From: Candidatus Eiseniibacteriota bacterium
GTDB taxonomy: Bacteria; Eisenbacteria; RBG-16-71-46; CAIMUX01
NCBI GenBank assembly: GCA_041390305.1
Contig: JAWKQE010000010.1
Coordinates: 939-64,938 of the forward strand
Length of the DNA stretch: 64,000 nt
Direction: 5' to 3'
Part shown: piece after piece, positions 36,479-46,433 of the stretch
How positions within the stretch are numbered: the stretch's first letter is position 1
Layout: every line of letters starts with the position of its first letter
Made by a program: the position numbers and the translations under genes
The notes under the pieces: model-generated
What the model saw: the letters and a program-made list of their open reading frames with translations, nothing else
Told to the model about the DNA's origin: nothing
The model's database searches: none

Positions 36479-37369
36479 TCAGCTCGCCATCCGGCGGAAA
36501 ACGCCTTCAGGCTCGAGTCCGATCGGTTCATAGGGACCGGGTTCGGTGAGGATTCGATCGGTCAGTCCGAGGAGCGCCTGGGCCGCGGAGCTCTGCGGGA
36601 AGAGCGAGACGAGAGGCTCTTGCCGGAGAACGGACGTACCCACGGTGGCGTCTTCGGGGATGTGACCCAGGAGTTCCGGCTCGAAGCCGAGGAACCGGTG
36701 GGACACGGTCTGGATCCACTTCGCCGTGCGGCGTGCTTCCTCCGCGGAACCGGTCCGGTTCACGACGAGGAACGGCTGGCCGCAACGGGAGCGCTGCGCG
36801 AGCACCTTGAGCGTGGCGTAGGCATCGCTGAAGGCGGTCGGCTCGGGCGTCGTGACGATCGCGATTTCGTCGGCCGCGCCCGCGAAGTGGATGGTTTGGC
36901 GGCCGATGCCGGTCGCGGTGTCGAGGATGATGAGGTCGACCGACTCCTCGAACTTCGAGAGCTCGCGGAGGAGCTTCTCGCGGGAAAAGTCGTCGAGATC
37001 GGCGAGACGCTCGAGCCCGGACGACGCGGGAAGGAGACGGACGCCGTACGGAGTCTCGACCACGACGTCCTCGATCGCCATGCTCCCGGAAACGACGTCG
37101 CCGAGGTTGTGCTTCGGGATCATGCCGAGGAGGAGGTCGATGTTGGCGAGCGAGAGATCCGCGTCGACCAGGAGGACCTTCTTCCCCGCCCGTGCGCAGA
37201 GGATCGCGAGGTTCGTCGCGAACATCGACTTGCCGACGCCGCCCTTGCCGCTCGTGACCGCGATGGTGCGAACGCGCGCACGCGGACGGTCCGGCTGGAG
37301 CGCGCCGGAGTCCGGCGTCTCCGAGCGGATGACCCGGAGCGCGCGGAGCTTGTCGGCCTGACTACGCAA
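36479..37369 (-). CDS. flhG: flagellar number regulator FlhG/YlxH (MinD/ParA-type ATPase)
   Basis: Deviant Walker A IAVTSGKGGVGKS, LLVDADLSLANIDLLLG and IILDTATG. The TTG start at 37369 overlaps the flhF end. Confidence 0.85.
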   Translation of the reverse strand: MRSQADKLRALRVIRSETPDSGALQPDRPRARVRTIAVTSGKGGVGKSMFATNLAILCARAGKKVLLVDADLSLANIDLLLGMIPKHNLGDVVSGSMAIEDVVVETPYGVRLLPASSGLERLADLDDFSREKLLRELSKFEESVDLIILDTATGIGRQTIHFAGAADEIAIVTTPEPTAFSDAYATLKVLAQRSRCGQPFLVVNRTGSAEEARRTAKWIQTVSHRFLGFEPELLGHIPEDATVGTSVLRQEPLVSLFPQSSAAQALLGLTDRILTEPGPYEPIGLEPEGVFRRMAS

Positions 37370-38936
37370 CGGTCGGCTCCTCGCGTCCGGTGATGCCCTG
37401 GGTCAGCGCCTCTACCGTCGCGACGTGGAGGTCGTCCGGCACTTCCTGGCCCGTCGCGAGGTACGCGACCGGCTTCCGCGCCTTGAGCGCGAGCGTGAAG
37501 AGGCCACCCTGACGCGTCGTCTCGTCGAGCTTCGTGAAGACGAGGTGGCGGATCGGGAGCCGGGAGAACCCCTCGAGCGCGAACGCCATGTCGCGAACAC
37601 GCGAGTTGGCCGCGAGCACGAGCTGGATCTCGGCCTCGGGACACGCGGCCAGGATCTGATGGATCTCTTCGATCCCTTCCGGATCCCGGGGCGAGCGCCC
37701 GGACGTGTCGATGAGGACGAGGTCCGCTTCCGCGAAGTCGTCTTCCAGGAGTCGCCGCATGGCGGAGCCCCGATCGGCGGTCGAGAACGGCAGCCCCATG
37801 AGCGTGGCGTAGGAACCGAGATGCTGCGCGCCGAAGACGCGGTACGCATCGGTCGAGACGAGGGCGACCTTCTTCCCGTGACGGAAAGCGGCCTGCCCCG
37901 CGATCTTGGCGAGCGTCGTGGTCTTGCCGACGCCGGTCGGACCGACGAGCGCAACCACGCGGCGGCCGTCTTCCCGACGGATCTCACCACCGACGGAGAT
38001 CATCGGCTCGAGGCGCGGAAGGAACTCCTCCGCCGGCACGGGCTGGAACTTGCCCTTCATCGGGGCCTGGCCCATGCGGGAGAGGATCTGGAAGACGAGG
38101 TTCGAGTCGACTTCGGCTTCGCTGAGGTCGAGGTAGAGCTCGCGCAGCGGAAGCGGGATGGCGCTGAAGTGCTCCGAGCGGATGAGCCGGCTGAGGTACT
38201 CGTTCCGGTCGCGGAGCCGCTGCACTTCTTCGTCGTCGCGCGTCTCGAGACGGAGATTCGAGGCGCGGCCGCGATCGTGGGGCGATGAGGTCGGCCGCGA
38301 CGTCTCGGTCCGGTCGAACGAGTCGAGGCCAGGCTCCCTCGTCATCGCCGCGGTCGCGTCGAACGAGGCCTTGCGGGGCGCGAGAGCCTCGGGAGCCGAG
38401 TCTCCGAGGAACTTCCGCCGCTGCTCGGGCGTGAGGTTCGGCGCGACGCTCTCGCGCGGAAGGCGGGAGAGGATGTCGGCCACGCGCGAAACGACGCCGC
38501 TCTTGCTGATGCCGCCGCCGGACGCGGGATTCGGTCCCGGACGACTCACGTCCGCGCTCGCGGCGCGGTTCGTGTCGAGACCGAAGGCGCGATCCATCTC
38601 GGCGTCGGAGTCGCCCGAGAGGAGGGACGCGAGCCGGGACACGTCGGGATCCGCATTGGAACGGGACGGAAGCGCGGGCTGAGCGCTCGGCGCCGCCTTC
38701 TCCGCCCGACGCGCCGGAGCCGTCGTCTGGGAAGCCGAGGCCGCACCGTAGGCCGTGCGGGCCCGCTCCGAGCGCGAGTCCGCGTCACCATGGGGCAGCG
38801 CCGCCGTCACCTCGAACCAACCGCTGCCGTCCGTGGCGCGATGCGTCTCGAGGATGAGAGCGTCGGGACCGAGCTCGGACCGGATGCGCGCGAGCGCCTC
38901 CTTGACCGTCGCTGCTTCAAACCGCTTGATGTGCAT
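37362..38936 (-). CDS. flhF: flagellar biosynthesis SRP-type GTPase FlhF
   Basis: N-terminal B-domain MHIKRFEAATVKEALARIRSELGPDALIL, a long disordered linker, and an NG domain with LVGPTGVGKTTTLAK, DTSGRS and TKLDET. Confidence 0.9.
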   Translation of the reverse strand: MHIKRFEAATVKEALARIRSELGPDALILETHRATDGSGWFEVTAALPHGDADSRSERARTAYGAASASQTTAPARRAEKAAPSAQPALPSRSNADPDVSRLASLLSGDSDAEMDRAFGLDTNRAASADVSRPGPNPASGGGISKSGVVSRVADILSRLPRESVAPNLTPEQRRKFLGDSAPEALAPRKASFDATAAMTREPGLDSFDRTETSRPTSSPHDRGRASNLRLETRDDEEVQRLRDRNEYLSRLIRSEHFSAIPLPLRELYLDLSEAEVDSNLVFQILSRMGQAPMKGKFQPVPAEEFLPRLEPMISVGGEIRREDGRRVVALVGPTGVGKTTTLAKIAGQAAFRHGKKVALVSTDAYRVFGAQHLGSYATLMGLPFSTADRGSAMRRLLEDDFAEADLVLIDTSGRSPRDPEGIEEIHQILAACPEAEIQLVLAANSRVRDMAFALEGFSRLPIRHLVFTKLDETTRQGGLFTLALKARKPVAYLATGQEVPDDLHVATVEALTQGITGREEPTVA

Positions 38937-40968
38937 GCTCCGCCTTCACCGTGGCTAGGGTCCTGACCGTGCCCGCGCTCGATACCTCCGAGTAGGAGAG
39001 AACGGGGACGTGAGGCAGCGCCCGCTCGACGAATCGACGCAGATACGGACGCAGGTAGGGAGAGCAGAGGAGAACCGGTTGCGCCGTCCGCGCGAGGGCT
39101 TCCTGCACTGCCTGGGAAATCCGATCGAGGAGACGACGCGTCTCCTCCGGGCCGAGGAGGAGTCGATCCATCCCCGTCCCCTGCACGTGCTCGACCAGCG
39201 CCTGCTCGAGGCTCGGATCGAGCGAGACGACACCGATCTCGCCGCGGTCGTCACGCAGTGGCTGCGTGATGGCGCGGCCCAAGGCTTCGCGCACGCGCTC
39301 GGCCAGGGTGTCGATGTCCTTCGTCATCGGAGCGTGGTCCGCCAGCGTCTCGAGGATCGTGAGCATGTCGCGGATCGAGATCCTCTCCGTGAGGAGACGC
39401 TGGAGCACCTTGTGCACGCCGCCCACCGTCATGTGGGCCGGGATGAGTTCGTCGACCACGACCGGAGTCGTCTGCTTGACCTGGTCGATCATGGTCTGGA
39501 CTTCCTGGCGCCCGAGGATCTCGGACGCGTTCGCCTTGACGAGCTCGGAGAGGTGCGTCGCGACGACCGCGGTCGGCTCGACCACGGTGTAGCCGGCAGA
39601 GTCCGCTTCCGTCCGCTGCTCCGGGCGGATCCAGACGGCGTCGAGCCCGAAGACCGGCTCGATCGTCTTCTGGCCGTCGAGCGGAATCGCACCGGGGCCG
39701 GGAGACATGGCGAGGAGCTGTCCCATCCGGAGGTTGCCGCGGCCGATCTCGACTCCCTTGAGGCGGACGACGTAGCCGTCCTGCGGAAGCCGGATGTTGT
39801 CGCGGACACGCACCGGAGGAACGAGAAGTCCGAGCTCGATCGCGGCCTGGCGACGGACGGAAGTGACACGACGGAGGAGGTCCCCTCCGTCCCTCTCCTC
39901 GTCGACCAGAGGAATGAGGCCGAAGCCGATCTCGAGCTCGAGCGTGTCGACGGACAGAAGCTGCTCCACCTTCTCGGGGGCCTGGGTCGTCTTGGCCTTG
40001 CTCTCCTCTGCGACCCGGATCGCTTCCTTCTTCTGCTCCTTGCTCGAACGGAGGCCGAGTCCGGTGCAGAGAGCGGAGAGCATGAGGAACGGGACGAGCG
40101 GAAGGCCGGGGACGAAGCCGAGAAGCGCGAGGATCGCGCCCGCGAGGAGCGCGGCCCGAGGCTCGGTGAAGAGCTGGGTCGCGATGTCGCGGGAGAGGTT
40201 CTTCTGCGAGTCGGAACGCGTGATGAGAAGACCCGACGCGGTCGAAACGATGAGCGCCGGAATCTGGGCGACGAGTCCGTCGCCGATCGTGAGGAGCGTA
40301 TAGGTGCGGAGGGCGTCCGAGACGCTCATGCCCTGCTGCGCCATCCCGATCACGAATCCACCGATGATGTTGATGATGGTGATGACGATGCCGGCGATCG
40401 CGTCACCACGGACGTACTTCGCGGCTCCGTCCATCGCCCCGTAGAAGTCCGCCTGGTTGGCGATGTGCTCACGGCGCCGCTTGGCCTCGACCTCGTCGAT
40501 GAGCCCGGCGTTGAGGTCCGCGTCGATCGCCATCTGGCGACCCGGCATCGCGTCGAGGGTGAACCGTGCCGCGACTTCCGCGATCCGTCCGGCACCCTTG
40601 GTGATGACGAGGAACTGGACGACCACGAGGATCAGGAACGCAACGAGACCGACCGCGTAGTTGCCGCCGACCACGAAATCCCCGAACGCGGCGATGACCT
40701 TTCCGCCGTAGCCCTCGAGGAGGATGGTCCGCGTCGTCGCGACGTTCAGCGAGAGCCGGTAGAGCGTCACGATGAGAAGGAGAGTCGGGAAGACGGAGAA
40801 CTTGAGCGGCTCGGCCACGTAGACCGTGACGAGCAGCATGATGAGCGAGGTCGCCAGATTCAGGATGAGGAGCGAATCCAGGAGAAACGTCGGCACCGGC
40901 ACGATCAGCACCGCGAGTAGAAGGAGGATCGCGCCCCCCATCAAGACGTCGGTGATGCGCCCTCTCAT
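38917..40968 (-). CDS. flhA: flagellar type III export gate protein FlhA
   Basis: 683 aa with an FHIPEP-type TM domain (GDGLVAQIPALIVSTASGLLITR) and a C-terminal cytoplasmic domain. ATGA overlap with flhB. Confidence 0.95.
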   Translation of the reverse strand: MRGRITDVLMGGAILLLLAVLIVPVPTFLLDSLLILNLATSLIMLLVTVYVAEPLKFSVFPTLLLIVTLYRLSLNVATTRTILLEGYGGKVIAAFGDFVVGGNYAVGLVAFLILVVVQFLVITKGAGRIAEVAARFTLDAMPGRQMAIDADLNAGLIDEVEAKRRREHIANQADFYGAMDGAAKYVRGDAIAGIVITIINIIGGFVIGMAQQGMSVSDALRTYTLLTIGDGLVAQIPALIVSTASGLLITRSDSQKNLSRDIATQLFTEPRAALLAGAILALLGFVPGLPLVPFLMLSALCTGLGLRSSKEQKKEAIRVAEESKAKTTQAPEKVEQLLSVDTLELEIGFGLIPLVDEERDGGDLLRRVTSVRRQAAIELGLLVPPVRVRDNIRLPQDGYVVRLKGVEIGRGNLRMGQLLAMSPGPGAIPLDGQKTIEPVFGLDAVWIRPEQRTEADSAGYTVVEPTAVVATHLSELVKANASEILGRQEVQTMIDQVKQTTPVVVDELIPAHMTVGGVHKVLQRLLTERISIRDMLTILETLADHAPMTKDIDTLAERVREALGRAITQPLRDDRGEIGVVSLDPSLEQALVEHVQGTGMDRLLLGPEETRRLLDRISQAVQEALARTAQPVLLCSPYLRPYLRRFVERALPHVPVLSYSEVSSAGTVRTLATVKAEHAHQAV

Positions 40969-42050
40969 CTAGCCGCTCCCGCCGTCGCCGTTCCGTGACG
41001 GAGCCGCCAGACGTGGGCCAGAACCTGTGCCACCGCCTTGTACATCGACGCCGGAATCGCCTGACCGACCTCGGTCTCCTTGTAGAGGAGACGCGCGAGC
41101 GGCGGATCTTCCAGGATCGGCACGTTGTGCTTCCGCGCCTCTTCCTTGATCCGCTCGGCCATCTTCCGGAGTCCGCGCGCGACGACGATCGGAGCGTCCA
41201 TCTTGCCGCGGTCGTACTTGAGCGCGACAGCGACGTGGATCGGGTTCGTGATGACGACGTCGGCCTCGGCCACGGCCGCGATCATCCGGTTCCGCGACAT
41301 CTGCCGCTGGAGGAGACGGATCCGCGACTTGACCTGGGGATCTCCCTCCGACTGCTTCTGCTCGTCCTCGAGCTCCTTCTGCGTCATCCGGATCGACTCT
41401 TCGAACTCCCACTTCTGGTAGCCGTAGTCGAGGGCGGCCAGAACGAGGAGCGCGAGTCCGACGCGCAGCCCGAGGTGCAAGGTGAAGAGGCCGATCCGTT
41501 CGACGAGCGCACCCCCGTCGGCTCCGAGCAGCGGCACGAGATCCTCGAGATCGGCCTTCACGGTGACGAAAGCGGTCAAGCCGATGATCGCCACCTTGAA
41601 CAGGGTCTTCAGGAGCTCCACCCAGCCCCGGCGACCGAAGCGGCGTCCGAACCCCTGGATCGGGTCGAGGACGTCCCAGCGCGGGCCGAGCGGGCGGGAA
41701 GAAACGTGGAAGCCGACCTGCACCACCTGGGAGACGGTCCCGACGAGGAGCAGGGCGAGCACGATCGGGGCGAGGAGACCGAGCAGCTGGACGCTGTACT
41801 GACGGAACGCGGCGTAGGCGCCGTTCGTGGTCTCGAGGGGAAGAGCCTGCCCGGCGAGGAGGGAGCGGGTCAGGTCACCGAGGTTCTGGAGGAGGGCCGG
41901 GCCGAACACGACGAGGGCGGCCATGGCCGTGAGCACCGTGAGCGCGGTCCCCACTTCCTGGCTCCGAGCCACCTGCCCCTGCTCCCTGGCCTCGGCCCGT
42001 CGCTTGGGACTTGCTGGGTGGATCTTCTCGCCGAAACTCTCGTTCGCCAC
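40965..42050 (-). CDS. flhB: flagellar export switch protein FlhB
   Basis: EKIHPASPKRRAEAREQGQVARS at the N-terminus, 4 TM helices, and the autocleavage-site variant NPIH in ADVVITNPIHVAVAL. Confidence 0.95.
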   Translation of the reverse strand: MANESFGEKIHPASPKRRAEAREQGQVARSQEVGTALTVLTAMAALVVFGPALLQNLGDLTRSLLAGQALPLETTNGAYAAFRQYSVQLLGLLAPIVLALLLVGTVSQVVQVGFHVSSRPLGPRWDVLDPIQGFGRRFGRRGWVELLKTLFKVAIIGLTAFVTVKADLEDLVPLLGADGGALVERIGLFTLHLGLRVGLALLVLAALDYGYQKWEFEESIRMTQKELEDEQKQSEGDPQVKSRIRLLQRQMSRNRMIAAVAEADVVITNPIHVAVALKYDRGKMDAPIVVARGLRKMAERIKEEARKHNVPILEDPPLARLLYKETEVGQAIPASMYKAVAQVLAHVWRLRHGTATAGAAR

Positions 42051-42098
42051 TCTGCCTCCGGCTCCCTGGGTTCAGGGGGCGAAGGGTCAAATGGCAAC

Positions 42099-42866
42099 CT
42101 ATATGCCACGGAGAATGGCTAGGAGTTGCCCCTCGATCTGACCGACCTGAGCCTTCACAAAAAATCCCAGAAGTGGTGAGCTGACAATGAGAAAGACCAT
42201 CCCGACCCCGATCTTGGCCGGAATGCCGATCAGGAAGACGTTCATCTGGGGGACGGCCCGGGCGACAAATCCCAGTGCGGCGTCGGTCAGAAACAGTGCG
42301 GCCACGATCGGTGCGCCAACCTGAAGCGCCAGTAGGAAGACGGCCGATCCGAGGGCCCCGGCCACCGCGACGAGGTCCGGTCCGCCGGGAAACGAGCCCG
42401 GCCCGACCCGGTGGAGACTGAACGCCAAGGCCCGGAGGAGGATGTGGTGCCCGTCGAGAGCCAGGAAGAGGAGGATCGCGTAGACCTCGAGAAACCGGCC
42501 GACGAGGGGCATCTGCTCGCCGCTCGCGGGGTCGAAGAGCCCGGCCATGGCCACGCCCATCTGGATCCCGATGAGGGAGCCCGCGAACCGGATGGCGACG
42601 AAGGTGATCCCGGCCACGACCCCGAGGAGCCCACCCAGGAGCACTTCACGCCCGAGAAGCAGGATCAGCCCGAAGAAGCCTCCGTCCGGCATCCAGGCGA
42701 CGGGGTCGATGGTAGGAAAGAGCGCGAAGGTCGTCGCGAGCGACAGGAGCAGCACGACCTGGATCGGCGCCCGCTGGGGCGCGAAGAGTGGGCCGATGCT
42801 GTAGAACGACACGCACCGGAAGAAGACGAGCAGGAAGGGAAAGACCAGCTCGAGCGAGAAGACCAC
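42099..42866 (-). CDS. fliR: flagellar export apparatus protein FliR
   Basis: 255-aa polytopic protein in the canonical fliP-fliQ-fliR-flhB position. GTG start with GAGGAGGAGAGG upstream. Confidence 0.9.
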   Translation of the reverse strand: MVFSLELVFPFLLVFFRCVSFYSIGPLFAPQRAPIQVVLLLSLATTFALFPTIDPVAWMPDGGFFGLILLLGREVLLGGLLGVVAGITFVAIRFAGSLIGIQMGVAMAGLFDPASGEQMPLVGRFLEVYAILLFLALDGHHILLRALAFSLHRVGPGSFPGGPDLVAVAGALGSAVFLLALQVGAPIVAALFLTDAALGFVARAVPQMNVFLIGIPAKIGVGMVFLIVSSPLLGFFVKAQVGQIEGQLLAILRGI

Positions 42867-42881
42867 TCTGCCTCTCCTCCT

Positions 42882-43148
42882 CTAGTGGAAGTGCGACGCC
42901 AGGCCGAAGAGGTCGGTCGTGTACATGACGAGCTTGTTCAGCATCCATGGGAGGAAGAGGAAGAGCGCCGCCACCACCGCGAGGATCTTGGGGACGAAGG
43001 AGAGCGTCATCTCCTGGATCTGGGTCACCGCCTGGAACACGGAGACGAGGAGACCCGTGACGAGCCCGAAGAGGAGCATAGGCGCAGCGAGGAGCAGCGC
43101 CATGAGGAGCGCGTTCTGGAAGATGGCTACGGCTTCGGTCTCGGACAT
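42882..43148 (-). CDS. fliQ: flagellar export apparatus protein FliQ
   Basis: 88 aa: AIFQNALLMALLLAAPMLLFGLVTGLLVSVFQAVTQIQEMTLSFVPKI. Confidence 0.9.
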   Translation of the reverse strand: MSETEAVAIFQNALLMALLLAAPMLLFGLVTGLLVSVFQAVTQIQEMTLSFVPKILAVVAALFLFLPWMLNKLVMYTTDLFGLASHFH

Positions 43149-43200
43149 GCGGATCCTCCTGATCCTGTTCGCTGGGTCCGGCTTCCCGCCGGACCAGCAA

Positions 43201-43953
43201 CTACTGGAAGCTCGTGACGAGTGACCGTGTGATCAGATTCCAACCGTCGACCAGAACGAAGAGCAGGATTTTGAACGGGAGCGAGATCATGGCCGGTGGG
43301 AGCATGAGCATACCCATGCTCATCAGCACCGAGGCGATGACGAGGTCGATGATCAGGAACGGCAGATAGAGCGTGAACCCGATCTCGAACGCCGTCTTGA
43401 GCTCCGAGATCATGAACGACGGCAGCAGCACGGTGAGCGGAACGTCGTCCGGAGTACGCGGACGCTCGGCGCCCGAGAGCTGCACGAAGAGCGCGAGATC
43501 CTTCTCACGGGTCTGGGACAGCATGAACGCCCGGATCGGATGGGTCGCGGTCGTCAGAGCATCGCGGCTCGTCATCTCTCCGGCCAGGTACGGCTGGAGC
43601 GCGGCGTCGTTCACCTGCTGGAACGTCGGCCCCATGATGAAGATGGTGAGAAAGAGCGAGAGCGCGAGCAGGATCTGGTTCGGCGGCATCTGTCCCGTCG
43701 CCATGGCCTGGCGGAGGAACGAGAGCACGATCACGATCCGCGCGAACGACGTCACCATGAGGAGAATCGCCGGCACGAGCGAGAGGATCGTGATGAGGAG
43801 GACGATCTGGAGGCCGGTCGAGAGCTCCTTCTCCTCCCCCGAGCCGATCGAGAGCGTCAGCTGCGGATCCGCCCACGCGTGCGGCGCGAGCGAAACGAGG
43901 AGCAACCCGGCCAGGATCAGGACCCAGGTCCAGCTTCGGACTGGGCGGTTCAT
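43201..43953 (-). CDS. fliP: flagellar export apparatus protein FliP
   Basis: LLITILSLVPAILLMVTSFARIVIVLSFLRQAMATGQMPPNQIL..FLTIFIMGPT is the conserved FliP core. ATGA overlap with fliO. Confidence 0.95.
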   Translation of the reverse strand: MNRPVRSWTWVLILAGLLLVSLAPHAWADPQLTLSIGSGEEKELSTGLQIVLLITILSLVPAILLMVTSFARIVIVLSFLRQAMATGQMPPNQILLALSLFLTIFIMGPTFQQVNDAALQPYLAGEMTSRDALTTATHPIRAFMLSQTREKDLALFVQLSGAERPRTPDDVPLTVLLPSFMISELKTAFEIGFTLYLPFLIIDLVIASVLMSMGMLMLPPAMISLPFKILLFVLVDGWNLITRSLVTSFQ

Positions 43954-44813
43954 GCGCGGCGCCCCTCCACCTCGTCCAGCGTCTGGTACTTCTCCCGGAT
44001 CGCGCGGAGCTTGTCGCGGAACTCGCGTTCGAACTCCTGCTGGTCGAACTGGTCGGCCGGCACTCCCGCCGTGGCCGCTTCATCGCGGGCCCGCGCTTCC
44101 CGCGCGATCCGCGCGGCCTCTTCCAGGTCCGCGAGTCCACTCCGCGGAGCTTCCTGCGGACGGCGAGAGACGGCGAGCGCGGCGATGGAGCGGAGCGCGC
44201 CCCGCGCAAACCCGGTCTTGCCCGCGTTCCGGGCACCGGAACCGCCGGTGCCCGTCGCGACGGCACTCGTGGACGCGGGCGGCGCGGTCTGGGTCTGGGT
44301 CTGGGCCTGGACATGGGTCTGGGACATCCGCCCCTGCGGTTCGCCCGTCTCGTAGGACGAGGACGCCGCCGAGTCGAACCTCGAGCCGCGAAGTTCTCGA
44401 ACAGCCGGCATCGCAAGGACGTCGCCGGGCGCAGAGGTTCGGCCCGGGGCTCCGGAGACGGCCCCACCCGCATTCCGTCCGAGTTCCGCGAGCGTGGAGA
44501 TACCTTGGGGCGACGTTCCCAGGAGGAACGTCTGCCCCTGCGCTTCGACGACGAGAAGCGACAACCGATTCCCGAGCGCGCGCTGCGAGAGGACGTCGAT
44601 GCCAACGTCCTTCCCACGTCCGCCGAGGCCCGGGCGATAACGTTTCGCGAGCTTCTGCAGCACCAGGATGAGTGCGACGACCGCGAGCACGGCCCCGCCC
44701 ATCTGGACGAGGGTGTGCCCGAGGCTACCCTCGAACGCGGTCGCGAACGGTATCTGCGAAGCCTCTGTGGTGGTTCCTTCCACCGGAGTGCCTTCCTTGG
44801 CTTGTGTCGGCAT
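43950..44813 (-). CDS. fliO: FliO-like flagellar protein with long low-complexity C-terminal extension
   Basis: Single TM helix VQMGGAVLAVVALILVLQKLAKRY, followed by IDVLSQRALGNRLSLLVVEAQGQTFLLGTSPQGISTL (the FliO core). About 170 extra residues follow. GGGAGG-N6-ATG at 44811-44813. Confidence 0.6.
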   Translation of the reverse strand: MPTQAKEGTPVEGTTTEASQIPFATAFEGSLGHTLVQMGGAVLAVVALILVLQKLAKRYRPGLGGRGKDVGIDVLSQRALGNRLSLLVVEAQGQTFLLGTSPQGISTLAELGRNAGGAVSGAPGRTSAPGDVLAMPAVRELRGSRFDSAASSSYETGEPQGRMSQTHVQAQTQTQTAPPASTSAVATGTGGSGARNAGKTGFARGALRSIAALAVSRRPQEAPRSGLADLEEAARIAREARARDEAATAGVPADQFDQQEFEREFRDKLRAIREKYQTLDEVEGRRA

Positions 44814-44815
44814 CG

Positions 44816-45406
44816 TCAACCTCCCAGGCTGCGAACCCGGTCTCTCGGGGAGAGCAACACGGTGATCCGAACTCCGAAGTGGTCGTCGATCACGACGACC
44901 TCGCCCTGCGCGACGAGCTTCCCGTTGACGAGGATGTCGACCGGGTCACCCGCGAGTTTGTCGAGCTCGACCACCGTTCCGGGCGCATAGTCGAGAATGT
45001 CCCGCACGAAGGTCTGCGTGCGGCCCAGCTCCACGGAAACCGGGAGCCGGATGTCCATGAGCATTTCGAGGCTGCCCGCCTCCCCCTCTTCGGTCTGGTC
45101 CGAGACCTGAGAGAACTCGACGGTACGGAGGTCCGGCTGCCGCGGCGCGGTAGGTGCGGGGCCGGAAGCAGGGGATGCGGGAGGCGTGGTCATCGGTTCC
45201 TCTGTGCTCTCTTGTCCTGACATGAACTCCGCCATCGCCGCTTCGGCGGCGGCATCGGCCTCGGCCTGTGCATCAGTCACCGTCTCGGCACCACCGCCGG
45301 CGGCATCTCCGCCCGCGGAGGGCGCTTCCTGCCCCGAGGCAGCTGGTGTCCCGTCACCCGGATCCGGAGTTCCGGCGGTGTCTTCAGGCTGCTTCTCCGG
45401 ACTCAT
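44816..45406 (-). CDS. fliN: flagellar motor switch protein FliN (with Ala/Glu/Pro-rich N-terminal extension)
   Basis: C-terminal SpoA domain IRLPVSVELGRTQTFVRDILDYAPGTVVELDKLAGDPVDILVNGKLVAQGEVVVIDDHFGVRI. GGAGG-N5-ATG at 45404-45406. Confidence 0.9.
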   Translation of the reverse strand: MSPEKQPEDTAGTPDPGDGTPAASGQEAPSAGGDAAGGGAETVTDAQAEADAAAEAAMAEFMSGQESTEEPMTTPPASPASGPAPTAPRQPDLRTVEFSQVSDQTEEGEAGSLEMLMDIRLPVSVELGRTQTFVRDILDYAPGTVVELDKLAGDPVDILVNGKLVAQGEVVVIDDHFGVRITVLLSPRDRVRSLGG

Positions 45407-46415
45407 CCTCACCTCCATACGGAATCAGGCTTTCGACCTGGACGCAGCGGTAGTTGCCCTTGAGGCCCGGCCGGGCCAGAGCCTTGGGCTCTCCCCCGAA
45501 GAGAAGGTCGACCGGTTCATGCACCCAACGGTTGAGGGGAAGCACGTCCCCGACCCGCATCTTGAGAAACTCGCGCACGGTGAGCTCGGCCGTTCCGAGC
45601 TCCGCGCTCACGGGCAGGATCGACGCCCCGAGCTGGTCCTGGATCCACCGCTGTTCGGCCGGGCTCGCATCCGCGCGCCTGGTCGTGAGCCGCGTCTGGG
45701 TGATCCGCGGCATGATCGGTTCCATCGAGCTGTAGGGATAGCAGAGCGAGATCTGTCCGCTCGTGTACTGCGTCTTGAGCTCGAATGTGATGAGCACGAC
45801 CGATTCCGAGTTCGACATGAGGTGCATCATCACCGGCTTCGTCTCGTAGGCCGCGAGGGTCGGTTCGATCTTGTAGACCCCGCGCCAGGCCTGGGCCAGG
45901 ACGGAGAGTGCACGCTGCACGAGGCGCGTCATCACCGCGGTCTCGATGTCGGTGAGATCCCGGGTGAAGTTCGCTTCCTTCCCCGCCCCTCCGAAGAGTC
46001 GATCCACGATCGAGAGCGTGAGGGATGGATTCACTTCCATCACCGCGCGCCCTTCGAGCGGCTCGAGGTTGAAGATGTAGAGACTGGTCGAACTCGGAAG
46101 CGAGAGGACGTACTCGCCGTACGTCAGCTGGTCCGCGGAAACGATCTCGATCTCCACCATGGAACGGAGGTACGCGGCGAGGCCGGCTCCGTACTGCCGA
46201 GCGAATCCGTCGTGGATCGACTCGAAGATCCGGAGCTGCTCACGGAAGAACGATCGATTGGGCCGGCGGAAGTCGTAGAGCGTTACCTTTCGCTCCCGCT
46301 CCTCGCCGGCGTGCGAAGACGGCTCGGCGGCCTGAGCTTCCGCCCCGGCCTCCTCCTCGTCATCGACCGCCCCCATTAGGGCATCGATTTCGTCCTGTGA
46401 GAGAATGTTCGCCAC
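45384..46415 (-). CDS. fliM: flagellar motor switch protein FliM
   Basis: N-terminal CheY-P-binding-type motif ANILSQDEIDALMG, the middle FliM domain, and a C-terminal SpoA-like region. Confidence 0.9.
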   Translation of the reverse strand: MANILSQDEIDALMGAVDDEEEAGAEAQAAEPSSHAGEERERKVTLYDFRRPNRSFFREQLRIFESIHDGFARQYGAGLAAYLRSMVEIEIVSADQLTYGEYVLSLPSSTSLYIFNLEPLEGRAVMEVNPSLTLSIVDRLFGGAGKEANFTRDLTDIETAVMTRLVQRALSVLAQAWRGVYKIEPTLAAYETKPVMMHLMSNSESVVLITFELKTQYTSGQISLCYPYSSMEPIMPRITQTRLTTRRADASPAEQRWIQDQLGASILPVSAELGTAELTVREFLKMRVGDVLPLNRWVHEPVDLLFGGEPKALARPGLKGNYRCVQVESLIPYGGEDESGEAA

Positions 46416-46433
46416 GAAACCGCCTGGACCTCG

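Noticed and set aside
39010-40920. 636-aa plus-strand ORF opposite flhA, and similar ones opposite flhB, fliP/fliO, fliM, flgE, fliK, fliI and fliG/fliF
   Set aside because: All are mirror ORFs of strongly conserved flagellar genes, and their Asp/Glu/Arg/His-rich composition reflects the antisense of GC3-rich codons.
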